Source: Acidimicrobiia bacterium
GTDB taxonomy: Bacteria; Actinomycetota; Acidimicrobiia; Spongiisociales; ZC4RG35
DNA length: 64,000 nucleotides
Reading direction: 5' to 3'
NCBI GenBank assembly: GCA_965203555.1
Contig: CBDBCY010000004.1
Location: forward strand, 896,001-960,000
Shown: positions 20,680 through 29,230 of the stretch, piece after piece
How the letters are laid out: each line of letters starts with the position of its first letter
Position numbering within the stretch: the first letter of the stretch is position 1
Made by a program: the position numbers and the translations under genes
Notes under the pieces: model-generated
Told to the model about the DNA's origin: nothing
The model's database searches: none
The model's input: the letters and a program-made list of their open reading frames with translations, nothing else

Positions 20680-21630
20680 ATGATCAACGACAGTCTCTAC
20701 CAACGTTTGATCGATATCCGGGCCCATGCACCCGAGAGGGTGCTGGAGCTCGCCCGCCGGCGTCGGCGTCGCCCCCTGCTGGTCCCCTACGAGCAGTTGT
20801 GCGAAGGGACGGTGGGCGGTGACCGGCTATTCTTGGTGGCCGTCGACCACCCGGCCCGCGGCGCGATCGGCGTGGGTGGGGATCCGCTGCGAATGGCCGA
20901 CCGGCGGGACCTTCTCTCCCGGCTGAGCATCGCTTTGTCCCATCCGGGAGTGGACGGGCTGCTGGCCACTCCCGACATCGTCGAAGATCTGCTTATCCTG
21001 GGATCTCTTACCTCGGGCCCGTCGCTTCTGGATGACAAGGTGGTGTTCGGCTCTATGAACCGGGGCGGTCTGGCCGGGTCCGCCTGGGAGTTGGACGATC
21101 CCATCACCGCCTACCACGCGGCCGCCATTTTCCGGATGAATCTTGACGGTGGAAAGCTCCTGCTGCGCATCGACCGCAACGACCCGGCCAGTCTGAAAAC
21201 CCTCTATCAATGCGCCCGGGCCATCCGCATTCTCACCGCCCAGAAGGTGCCGGTGGCGGCGATGGTGGAACCTCTCCCCGCCTTTCGTGACGAACACGGA
21301 ACGCTTCGGATCGACACCAGTCCCGAGGCCCTGATCGGGGTGATCGCCATCGCCTCGGGGCTGGGTCCCACCAGCGCCCAAACCTGGCTGAAGCTGCCCC
21401 CACCCAGCTCTGATCCCCTGAGGGTTTTCGCAGCCTCCACGCTGCCGGTGCTGCTCCTGGGAGGAGACCCGGGTGATCGAGGCGACGAGCTCTTGGCCTC
21501 CTGGGAGGAAGCCATGGAGGCGCCGACGGTCAGAGGTCTGGTAGCCGGGCGCAGTCTCATCTACCCCGCCGACGACGATGTTGCGGGATGGGTTGATCGA
21601 GCGGCCCGAATAGTCCACCCCCATCTTTGA
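20680..21630 (+). CDS. Class I aldolase-like TIM-barrel protein (Cgl0159-like), probable IolJ-function aldolase
   Basis: VAVDHPARG, GSMNRGGLAG, GGKLLLRID, TWLKLP, LLLGGD, VAGRSLIYP; directly upstream of iolB. Confidence 0.8.
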   Translation: MINDSLYQRLIDIRAHAPERVLELARRRRRRPLLVPYEQLCEGTVGGDRLFLVAVDHPARGAIGVGGDPLRMADRRDLLSRLSIALSHPGVDGLLATPDIVEDLLILGSLTSGPSLLDDKVVFGSMNRGGLAGSAWELDDPITAYHAAAIFRMNLDGGKLLLRIDRNDPASLKTLYQCARAIRILTAQKVPVAAMVEPLPAFRDEHGTLRIDTSPEALIGVIAIASGLGPTSAQTWLKLPPPSSDPLRVFAASTLPVLLLGGDPGDRGDELLASWEEAMEAPTVRGLVAGRSLIYPADDDVAGWVDRAARIVHPHL

Positions 21631-21642
21631 CCCGGCCCTGTT

Positions 21643-22500
21643 GTGACCGTCATCGAAGCGCCCCTTTTCCGACCGACCGGCTCTCTGGCCGGCGGAGGCG
21701 ATCCTATCAGGTTGACTCCCGAGCAGGCGGGTTGGACCTGGTGCGGAATGATGGTGGTGGAACTCCAGGCGGGTGAGACCAGGGCGATCGGATTGGGCGA
21801 AGCCGAAGCAGCCGTGGTGCCCCTCCAAGGTTCCTGCCGGGTGGCGAACTCCGATATCGCCTTTGAATTGGAGGGCCGAGCCAGTGTGTTCTCCGGGCTG
21901 ACGGACCTGTGCTTCATTCCAAAGGGATCCGAGGTCTCCATCTTCTCGATGGAGGGTGGCCGTTTCTTTGTCGCCACGTCCATGGCAACACGAACCACCG
22001 AACCCCGCTACTACCCGGCTTCCGATGTAAGAGTGGACCTGCGCGGCGCCGGGCAGGCCACCCGACAGATCAACAATCTGCTAACCGCCGACGTGCCGGG
22101 GCCCGACAAACTGCTGGTGGTGGAAGTGCTGACGCCGGCCGGGAACTGGTCCTCATACCCGCCTCACAAGCACGACGAACTCTCCGAACATGAGACCCCG
22201 CTGGAGGAGATCTACTACTTCGAGATCGACGGACCCGGGGGATTCGGGTTCCACCGCACGTACACCTTGGACGGTGAGATCGACGAGACGGCGACGGTCC
22301 GAAGCGGTGACGTCTTCCTGGTGCCGAGGGGCTACCACGGCCCGTGCGTGGCGGCGCCCGGCTACCACATGTACTACCTGAACGTCATGGCCGGCCCCCA
22401 GCCGGGCCGTGAGTGGCTGATCTGCACCGATCCTGCCTACCGATGGTTATGGGACGCCTGGACCGACGAACCCCCCGACCCCCGCCTCCCGCTCTACTGA
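21643..22500 (+). CDS. iolB: 5-deoxy-glucuronate isomerase
   Basis: EVLTPAGNWSSYPPHKHD, LEEIYY, VPRGYHGP, YYLNVMAGP. Confidence 0.96.
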   Translation: MTVIEAPLFRPTGSLAGGGDPIRLTPEQAGWTWCGMMVVELQAGETRAIGLGEAEAAVVPLQGSCRVANSDIAFELEGRASVFSGLTDLCFIPKGSEVSIFSMEGGRFFVATSMATRTTEPRYYPASDVRVDLRGAGQATRQINNLLTADVPGPDKLLVVEVLTPAGNWSSYPPHKHDELSEHETPLEEIYYFEIDGPGGFGFHRTYTLDGEIDETATVRSGDVFLVPRGYHGPCVAAPGYHMYYLNVMAGPQPGREWLICTDPAYRWLWDAWTDEPPDPRLPLY

Positions 22501-23540
22501 AAGTGATCGGTTAGGCGAGACCCTTCGCGGAACTCCACCACCTCTGCCAGAGTGGGAAAGGCTGTCGAGCAGCCGGGGCGGCTCACTGTGATGGCCCCAC
22601 AGGCATTGGCGAAGCTCACCGCCTCCGCCCAGTCCTGTCCGGACAGCCGACTGTAGATGAGGCCCGAGGCGAAGGAGTCTCCCGCTCCGACCGTGTTCAC
22701 GATCTCGGCCCGGTAGCCGGGGACCTCTTGGCGCGTACCGTCGGAATGGAACAGCCAGGTTGGATCCGCTCCTCTCTTCAACAACATGGTAGAGGGACCG
22801 CCTGCGGCGGCGGCCAGGTCGGCGACCGTGGCTTCGACCCACCGGCGCTGTGGACCGGTCAACGGGCCGTGAGTAAGGCTCGGCCCGGGATCAGGCGCCA
22901 GGGCGCCCCATAGTTCTTCGTAAGTCCCGATCACCACCTCCACCAGTGGGATGGCTGATCGCATAGCTCTCCCGTAGTCGAGATGGTCGGCCCACTCGGC
23001 GGGACGCATGTCCAGATCCAGAAACGAGGCCATCCCAAGCCGGTGCGCTTCTTCCACCAACCACTGAGCCGTATGGGCACAATCGCCGCGGCTGAAGGCA
23101 TTACCAGAGTGCTGGATGGCCCGTATATCGGCCAGCGGCACGGAGGCGGCGTCTTCCACCGTGAGGTGGATGTCGGCCGGGTCGGAACGGTAGAACATCA
23201 ACGGAAAGTGATCGGGAGGCTCCACCCCGAGCAGGGCCAGTGACGACAGAAACCCCGGCTTGCGAAGGACGAACCTCGTGTCCACCCCGTCGGCCGCCAA
23301 CCGATGAAGGATCAGGTCCCCCACCTGGTCTTCCCCCACCGCCGTGAAGGCCGCCGACCGCAATCCCAGCCTGGCGGTCCCGATGGCGATGTTGGTGGGG
23401 CTTCCGCCCACCATGGCCTCGAAACCGGTCACCTCCCGGAACGGCGCTCCGATCTGTTGCGAGTAGAGATCGAGGTTAACCCTTCCCACCGTGATCAGAT
23501 CAAGGGTGCTCACATCCGAAAGGTCATTGGGGAAACGCAC
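22494..23540 (-). CDS. iolC: 5-dehydro-2-deoxygluconokinase (PfkB family)
   Basis: GRVNLDLY, GGSPTNIAIGTARLG, PPDHFPLMFYR, VGAGDSFA. Confidence 0.92.
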   Translation of the reverse strand: MRFPNDLSDVSTLDLITVGRVNLDLYSQQIGAPFREVTGFEAMVGGSPTNIAIGTARLGLRSAAFTAVGEDQVGDLILHRLAADGVDTRFVLRKPGFLSSLALLGVEPPDHFPLMFYRSDPADIHLTVEDAASVPLADIRAIQHSGNAFSRGDCAHTAQWLVEEAHRLGMASFLDLDMRPAEWADHLDYGRAMRSAIPLVEVVIGTYEELWGALAPDPGPSLTHGPLTGPQRRWVEATVADLAAAAGGPSTMLLKRGADPTWLFHSDGTRQEVPGYRAEIVNTVGAGDSFASGLIYSRLSGQDWAEAVSFANACGAITVSRPGCSTAFPTLAEVVEFREGSRLTDHFQ

Positions 23541-23546
23541 GCTGGG

Positions 23547-24602
23547 TCACGACGACCCGGAGAATACCTTGCGCATGCTGTTGTAGACGAGGGGCAGATG
23601 CCAAAGAGGCATGCTTTCGTTGGCGGTATGGGCCTCCGACGTATCGCCCGGGCCGAAGTTGACGGAAGGAATTCCCCGGGCCCCGAGCCGGGCGACATCC
23701 GTCCAGCCCTGCTTGGAACCGATTCCCACCCCGGCCGCTCCGGCCAGTTCCGTCACCAGAGGATGATCGGTTACCACCCGACCGGAGGGGGCCGCGTCCA
23801 CGATCTCCACCTCGTCTGCATCCCGGCACGCTTTCCGCACCTCTTCCTCAGCCTCCGCGACGGTGCGGTGCGGGCCGAACCGGTAGTTGAGATTCAACTC
23901 GAACCGCGGAGGGATGATGTTGGCCGCCAGTCCACCCCGGGCGAGGGTTACCGACATCACCTCCTTGAAAACCAGCCCGCCGATATCCACCGGCCCCGGC
24001 CGGCGACCATGCATCTTCGCAAGCCAGGCGCCCGCCTTGGAGATGGCGTTCTCCCCCCACCAGGGCCTAGCCGAGTGCGACGACTTGCCGGAAAAGATGA
24101 CCCTGGCGTTCATCACCCCATTGCACCCCGCCTGAATCTCGCCATCGGACGGCTCCAGCAGCACTCCGAAGGAGGCCGAAGACAACCATTCGCACTCGTT
24201 CAGCACCGGCTCCAGCCCGTTGTTGGCGAACTTTCCCTCCTCAGCCTCGTAAAAAACGGCCGCCAGCCGATAGGGCCAGGTGGCCTCGGCCTCCTCCATC
24301 AGATGAAGCATCACCGCCACTCCCCCCTTCATGTCGGAAGCCCCCAACCCGCACATACGATCTTTCTTCACATGGGCGGCAGGCTGGCCCTGCGACGGCA
24401 CCGTGTCCAGATGACCGGCCAGCAAAACCAGCGGGCCGTCTCCTGCGGTTGCCGCCACCAGCGAGTTATTCACCCGTCTCTGGGAAAGGTGCGGGGCGTT
24501 AACGGCCAAACGTTGGGAAACATAGTCGCAAATCCGGGCTTCGTCGCCGGTGACCGAAGGGATGTCGATCAGCTCGGCCAGCGTCTCCGAAAGGGTTGTC
24601 AA
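23547..24602 (-). CDS. dapE: Succinyl-diaminopimelate desuccinylase (actinobacterial type)
   Basis: LAGHLDTVP, GASDMKGG, YEAEE, SHSARPWWGENAI, KQGWTDVAR. Confidence 0.93.
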   Translation of the reverse strand: MTTLSETLAELIDIPSVTGDEARICDYVSQRLAVNAPHLSQRRVNNSLVAATAGDGPLVLLAGHLDTVPSQGQPAAHVKKDRMCGLGASDMKGGVAVMLHLMEEAEATWPYRLAAVFYEAEEGKFANNGLEPVLNECEWLSSASFGVLLEPSDGEIQAGCNGVMNARVIFSGKSSHSARPWWGENAISKAGAWLAKMHGRRPGPVDIGGLVFKEVMSVTLARGGLAANIIPPRFELNLNYRFGPHRTVAEAEEEVRKACRDADEVEIVDAAPSGRVVTDHPLVTELAGAAGVGIGSKQGWTDVARLGARGIPSVNFGPGDTSEAHTANESMPLWHLPLVYNSMRKVFSGSS

Positions 24603-25405
24603 ACCTGAACTCCGAAGGTGCGCAGCGCTTCATTGAGAGAAGTCTTCCGGTCGGTGGAGGCGGTCCTCTCTCCGATAATCAAGGCGCAGGGCAGCCCGTA
24701 CTCTCCCGCAGGGAAGGAGCGGGGGCGCACTCCGGGAATCACCACCGAGTTGGCCGGCACGACCCCCCGGAACTCCACCGGCGCCTCTCCCCGCACGTCG
24801 ATGATGCGAGTTGAGGAGGTGATAGTGGTATTGGCGCCCAGCACCGCTCCCTCCCGAATCACCACCCCCTCGACCACAATGCACCGACTTCCTATAAAGG
24901 CGCCGTCTTCGATGATCACCGGGCGGGCGCCGGGCGGCTCCAGGACCCCTCCGATCCCCACCCCTCCCGAAAGGTGGACGCCCCGTCCCACCTGGGCGCA
25001 AGATCCAACCGTGGCCCAGGTGTCCACCATCGACCCGGATCCCACCCAGGCGCCGATGTTGACGTATCCCGGCATCACGATCACCCCCGGCTCGCAGAAG
25101 GCGCCATACCGAACCACTCCGGGAGGCACCACCCGGACCTGTGCCTCCGCCAGGTTCCGTTTGGTGGGGATCTTGTCATGCCACATCACCGGCCCCCCAT
25201 CCATTTCTTCCATGCCGGTGACCTGGAAATAGAGCAGGATGGCCTCTTTCACCCACTCGTTCACCACCCACTCCCCGGCCACCTTCTCCGCCACCCGGAT
25301 CGCACCCCGGTCGAGCAGATCGATGGTTGACAAAACCGAATCCCGCGCCTCGGCCAACTCCGCCTCTCCGGCGAAGACGGCCCTGATCACATCTTGGTCA
25401 GACAT
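24599..25405 (-). CDS. dapD: Tetrahydrodipicolinate N-succinyltransferase
   Basis: WVVNEWVKEAILLYF, MVDTWATVGSCAQVG, GGVLEP. Confidence 0.95.
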   Translation of the reverse strand: MSDQDVIRAVFAGEAELAEARDSVLSTIDLLDRGAIRVAEKVAGEWVVNEWVKEAILLYFQVTGMEEMDGGPVMWHDKIPTKRNLAEAQVRVVPPGVVRYGAFCEPGVIVMPGYVNIGAWVGSGSMVDTWATVGSCAQVGRGVHLSGGVGIGGVLEPPGARPVIIEDGAFIGSRCIVVEGVVIREGAVLGANTTITSSTRIIDVRGEAPVEFRGVVPANSVVIPGVRPRSFPAGEYGLPCALIIGERTASTDRKTSLNEALRTFGVQV

Positions 25406-26541
25406 TCTTCCAACACCTCCACGGCTTGTTTGCACTCCTCGGGGCTGGGTACCAGCGCCAACCTTATATGACCTTCCCCGCCGGCGCCGAACGCCCGCCC
25501 CGGAGAGACCACCACCCCGCGCTCCAGCAACCGCAGGGTGGTCTCCAGATCGTCGCCCACTTCCACCCACAGATACAACCCGGCGTCGGATGCCGCGATC
25601 CGGTATCCCGTCCTCGCGAAGACTTCCCGGAGGATCGCCCGCTTTTCCGAGAATATCCGTCGTCGTTCTCCCACATGGGCGTCGTCCGACCAAGCCGCAA
25701 CCGCGGCCATCTGGGTGAACTCAGGGGGGGCTGTGCCGGTGGAGGTGCGCAGCGAGGTCAGCGCCCTGATCGCCCGGGAGTCTCCCACCATCGCCGCCGA
25801 GCGATAACCGGTCATCCCCGAACGCTTGGAGAGGCTCAGGTAGCTGATAACTCCGGTAAGGTCGGCGTCGGCCACCTCCAGCGCCGAAGCGGGCGGTTCG
25901 GCCTCGTAGAGATCCACGTAGCAGTCGTCGGCGCACAGGAGAACCTCGTATTCGTTGCACTTGACGTAGAACTCTTCGATGTCGGAGCGGCTCATGACCG
26001 AACCCGCCGGGTTGTGCGGCGAGTTGGTCCACACCATCCTGGCGCGAAACCACACGTCTTCGGGCACATCGGATGCTCGGAACACAAAGTCCCCCCCGAG
26101 AGGGACGGGATGTCCGATCGCTCCCGCCAAAAGGGCTCCCCGGCCGTATACGGGGTAGCCGGGGGTGGGCCAGATCACCACATCCCCCCGGCGGGAATCC
26201 ACAAAGGCGAAGGGCGTGGAAAAGATCGCCTCCTTGGAACCTGTTGTAGGGAGCACCTGGGTGTCGGGATCGACCTCCCGACCGAACCGGCGGCGCACAT
26301 AGCCGGCGATCGCCTCCCTCAGTTCTCGAAGCCCGCGGGTGGTCGGATACTGCGACACCTCGGGAACGGCCCGGCGCAGAGCATCCGGGATGAAGGACGG
26401 GGTCGGCTCCCGGGGATCACCGATCGAAAAGTCGATGAGCCTCTCCCCCGCTTCCCTCATGCTCCGCGCCCGGTTCTGGATGGCCGCGATCGGATAGGCG
26501 CCCATCTTCTGCAACACCGGGTTGATCCGCATTCCCATCAC
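25387..26541 (-). CDS. dapC: N-succinyldiaminopimelate aminotransferase (PLP class I/II)
   Basis: FSIGDP, GSKEAIF, NSPHNPAG, SLSKRSGMTGYR; operon with dapD/dapE. Confidence 0.88.
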   Translation of the reverse strand: MMGMRINPVLQKMGAYPIAAIQNRARSMREAGERLIDFSIGDPREPTPSFIPDALRRAVPEVSQYPTTRGLRELREAIAGYVRRRFGREVDPDTQVLPTTGSKEAIFSTPFAFVDSRRGDVVIWPTPGYPVYGRGALLAGAIGHPVPLGGDFVFRASDVPEDVWFRARMVWTNSPHNPAGSVMSRSDIEEFYVKCNEYEVLLCADDCYVDLYEAEPPASALEVADADLTGVISYLSLSKRSGMTGYRSAAMVGDSRAIRALTSLRTSTGTAPPEFTQMAAVAAWSDDAHVGERRRIFSEKRAILREVFARTGYRIAASDAGLYLWVEVGDDLETTLRLLERGVVVSPGRAFGAGGEGHIRLALVPSPEECKQAVEVLEECLTKM

Positions 26542-26602
26542 GCTAGCCGTTTGGTTGCCTCAGAAATATCACATTCGAACATTCCCCATCGACGAAACGG
26601 CG

Positions 26603-26626
26603 TATAATGTAGCAACGTATACTCAT
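26603..26626 (+). promoter_or_regulatory. -10 box and probable antitoxin operator
   Basis: TATAAT overlapping imperfect palindrome TGTAGCAACGTATACTCA, then RBS GGGAGG. Confidence 0.5.
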
Positions 26627-26636
26627 AGGGAGGTCG

Positions 26637-26903
26637 TTGATGACAAGGCCGGCACGAACTATTAGCAGTCGGGAGTTCAACCAGAGCACCGGCGCCGCCA
26701 AGAGAGCCGCCCGAAATGGTCCGGTTTACATAACCGACCGCGGTCGGCCGTCCCATGTCCTGTTGAGCTACGAGCATTACCGGGAAATCGCCGATGACCA
26801 GCCCAGCATCGTCGACATTCTCGGGGAACCGCCAGGCATTGGTGATATTGACTTCGAGATTCCCAGGCGGGATGATGTAGCCCGTGCCGCGGTTTTTGAC
26901 TGA
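26637..26903 (+). CDS. Phd/YefM family antitoxin
   Basis: ISSREFNQ...AKRAA..GPVYITDRGRPSHVLLS. Confidence 0.92.
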   Translation: MMTRPARTISSREFNQSTGAAKRAARNGPVYITDRGRPSHVLLSYEHYREIADDQPSIVDILGEPPGIGDIDFEIPRRDDVARAAVFD

Positions 26904-27328
26904 TGTTTCTGCTCGACACAAATGTGGTGTCGGAGTTACGTAAAGTGAAGGGCGGCAGAGCCGATCCCAACGTTGGCGCTTGGGTCAACTCAGTGGAGTC
27001 GCAATCCCTGTATGTCTCGGCGATCACCATTCAGGAACTTGAAGTCGGAGTGCTCCTGATTGAGCGACGTGACCCCATTACAGGCGCGCTTCTCAGAGCC
27101 TGGCTCGACAACCAGGTACATAGTGTGTTCAAACACCGCATCCTGCCGGTTGATGCCCAGATAGCGACCCGGGCTGCAGCTCTACACGTTCCGGACCCTG
27201 CTCCGGTAGAGGATGCTCTCATCGCGGCTACCGCTCTGACCCACAGCATGAGAATGGTCACCCGCGACACTCGCCATTTCAACCGCTTCGGGGATCTTGA
27301 GATTCTCAACCCATGGACACCGACCTGA
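26903..27328 (+). CDS. vapC: VapC PIN-domain toxin
   Basis: MFLLDTNVVSELRK, DALIAATAL, VTRDTRHF, LNPW; TGATG coupling. Confidence 0.93.
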   Translation: MFLLDTNVVSELRKVKGGRADPNVGAWVNSVESQSLYVSAITIQELEVGVLLIERRDPITGALLRAWLDNQVHSVFKHRILPVDAQIATRAAALHVPDPAPVEDALIAATALTHSMRMVTRDTRHFNRFGDLEILNPWTPT

Positions 27329-27371
27329 ATCGATACCGTACCGAAAGCCTTCAGGAGTACGAGGGCAATTT

Positions 27372-28628
27372 CTAGGGACCCAGAGAGGTGATGGGCACTA
27401 CCTGGACTCCGTCGGACCGGCGATAGGCGGCGCCGGTGGAAGTCACCACCATCAGCGCAGCCAGTTCGTCAATGCGCCCTTTGGTCACCTTGTTGCGTAA
27501 CCGGAGCAAAGACTTGGCTGCCCGGTCCACCGAGTCCGGGGCAGGACTCAGTTTCACTTCAACCGCTATCCAGGCGCCGTTCTCCCTTTCGACAACCGCG
27601 TCGACCTCCAGTCCCGTTTCGTCGCGGTAGTGAAACAACTCCCCACGATCGGGCTGGCTGTATATGCGGAGATCTCGTACAACGAGTGACTCGAAGAGGA
27701 ACCCGAGCGTCCTGGGATCGGCCAGGAGTCTCTTGGGTGACGCTCCAAGCATCGAGGCCGCAAGTGACGGGTCCACAAAGTGCCGCTTCGGCGCCTTACG
27801 CAGGGTTGCCCTCGAACGAAGGCTCACCGACCACGCCGGAAGATCTTCCACCACAAAGATCCGATCCAAGGCGTCGAGGTAGGCACGGACGGTATGGCGG
27901 CTCAGAGGTCCGTTGTCGGATGCATCTGAGGCCAGCCTCGTCATCTTCGCTTCGGTGGCCACATTTCGGGCCAGAGAGCGCAGCAGTCTCCTTACAGCGC
28001 CGGGATGGTGTTGGATCCCGCTGACCAGGGGTATGTCCAGTCGAACGATCTCGTTCAAGTAGTCGCCCACCGCCAGGCGGGCCTGCTCCTCCCCCAGGTG
28101 GAGACTTCCGGGCCATCCACCCACACAAATGAAGGAAGCGATGTCCCCCAACCCAACATCAGATCTGGGAAGTGCCGAGCCGACGTCGCCACGGAACAAA
28201 TGCCGCAGCGAGACAGAGCCTGTGGAGTGACCCATTTCCTGGAGAGACATCGGTCGCATCAACACCCTGCTGATTCGACCCACCCCGGTATGCCTGGTTC
28301 GGTCATCCGGCGGAAGGGCCGAACCGGTAAGTATGAACTGTCCCGATCGAGCACGGTCGTCGCATTCTCGACGTACCTTGTTCCACAGCCCGGAGACATT
28401 CTGCCATTCGTCCAAGAGTCGAGGTACAGGGCTGTCCAACACCAAGGCGGGATCAGCTTCTGCCAGTAACAGCATCGCCGGTTCGTCGAGGCGCGCCTCG
28501 CTTCGTGCAAAGTGTCGCCCCGTCCAGGTCTTACCACAACCTCTGGCGCCCTCTATCAGGACTGCTCCTCGTCGTTGGAGTGCCCCTCTGATGTCTTCCT
28601 CGGCGATGCGCTGGAGATAGCCTGGCAT
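27372..28628 (-). CDS. AAA_14 ATPase with DUF4143 domain
   Basis: GARGCGKT, LLDEWQ, FILTGS, KRHFVDPSL, GFLFESLV, EVDAV..EVK PD-(D/E)xK-like tail; start may be 28628, 28661 or 28685. Confidence 0.9.
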   Translation of the reverse strand: MPGYLQRIAEEDIRGALQRRGAVLIEGARGCGKTWTGRHFARSEARLDEPAMLLLAEADPALVLDSPVPRLLDEWQNVSGLWNKVRRECDDRARSGQFILTGSALPPDDRTRHTGVGRISRVLMRPMSLQEMGHSTGSVSLRHLFRGDVGSALPRSDVGLGDIASFICVGGWPGSLHLGEEQARLAVGDYLNEIVRLDIPLVSGIQHHPGAVRRLLRSLARNVATEAKMTRLASDASDNGPLSRHTVRAYLDALDRIFVVEDLPAWSVSLRSRATLRKAPKRHFVDPSLAASMLGASPKRLLADPRTLGFLFESLVVRDLRIYSQPDRGELFHYRDETGLEVDAVVERENGAWIAVEVKLSPAPDSVDRAAKSLLRLRNKVTKGRIDELAALMVVTSTGAAYRRSDGVQVVPITSLGP

Positions 28629-28677
28629 GGTGAGCGTGGCGGGTAAGTTGGGCGTCCTCATGCGGCGAGACCTTTCA

Positions 28678-28769
28678 TTGTGCATTTTGGGAACCGATTA
28701 TTATACATTATAAGAATAGTTTGTTATACATTTTAGGAAGATACCGTTATACACTTTGGGAATAACTGA
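28678..28769. repeat. Four tandem 23-bp-period AT-rich repeats
   Basis: ttgtgcattttgggaaccgatta / ttatacattataagaatagtttg / ttatacattttaggaagataccg / ttatacactttgggaataactga starting at 28678, 28701, 28724, 28747. Confidence 0.8.
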
Positions 28770-28834
28770 GGACCTTTCCCCTCCTACCAGATCCTCGCAA
28801 TACTGTCTTTCGAAGGTGCGTACAATTCCCCGGC

Positions 28835-29230
28835 GTGCGTTACCGGCTGATTTACGTGGGACTGGGGCTTCTCACGGTGGCAACCCTGTCGCTCTGCTAT
28901 GTCTTCGGACGGGGTGGCGATCCTCTGACCCTGCCTCCTCCCCTGGAAGATGTTTCTCCCAAGCCTTACGACGCGGTTCCGATGCAGAGCAGCCTGGAGG
29001 TCGACCTGGAGGTCGGGTATGCGGCGCGTATCTATGTCAACGGGTATCCGATACCCGATTCTGAACTGTCCTTTGCCGAGGGGGTGGGCATTTACCGGTG
29101 GAGACCCGACTCGCGGAGCCTGCTCATGAACCGTTGGGAGGTGGGAGAGCACACCATCCGCGTGGAATGGGAAAAGACCTACGGACTGCCCGATGTCGGG
29201 GAATTCACCTGGACCTTCAGGGTGCAGTAG
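28835..29230 (+). CDS. Hypothetical protein, N-terminal TM plus small beta-rich (Ig-like) domain
   Basis: TM helix; C-terminal GEHTIRVEW..FTWTFRV; TACAAT -10 box 8 nt upstream. Confidence 0.7.
   Translation: MRYRLIYVGLGLLTVATLSLCYVFGRGGDPLTLPPPLEDVSPKPYDAVPMQSSLEVDLEVGYAARIYVNGYPIPDSELSFAEGVGIYRWRPDSRSLLMNRWEVGEHTIRVEWEKTYGLPDVGEFTWTFRVQ

Noticed and set aside
28678-28769. Mini-CRISPR interpretation of the 23-bp array
   Set aside because: Variable part is only ~7 nt, repeats are degenerate, and there are no cas genes in the window
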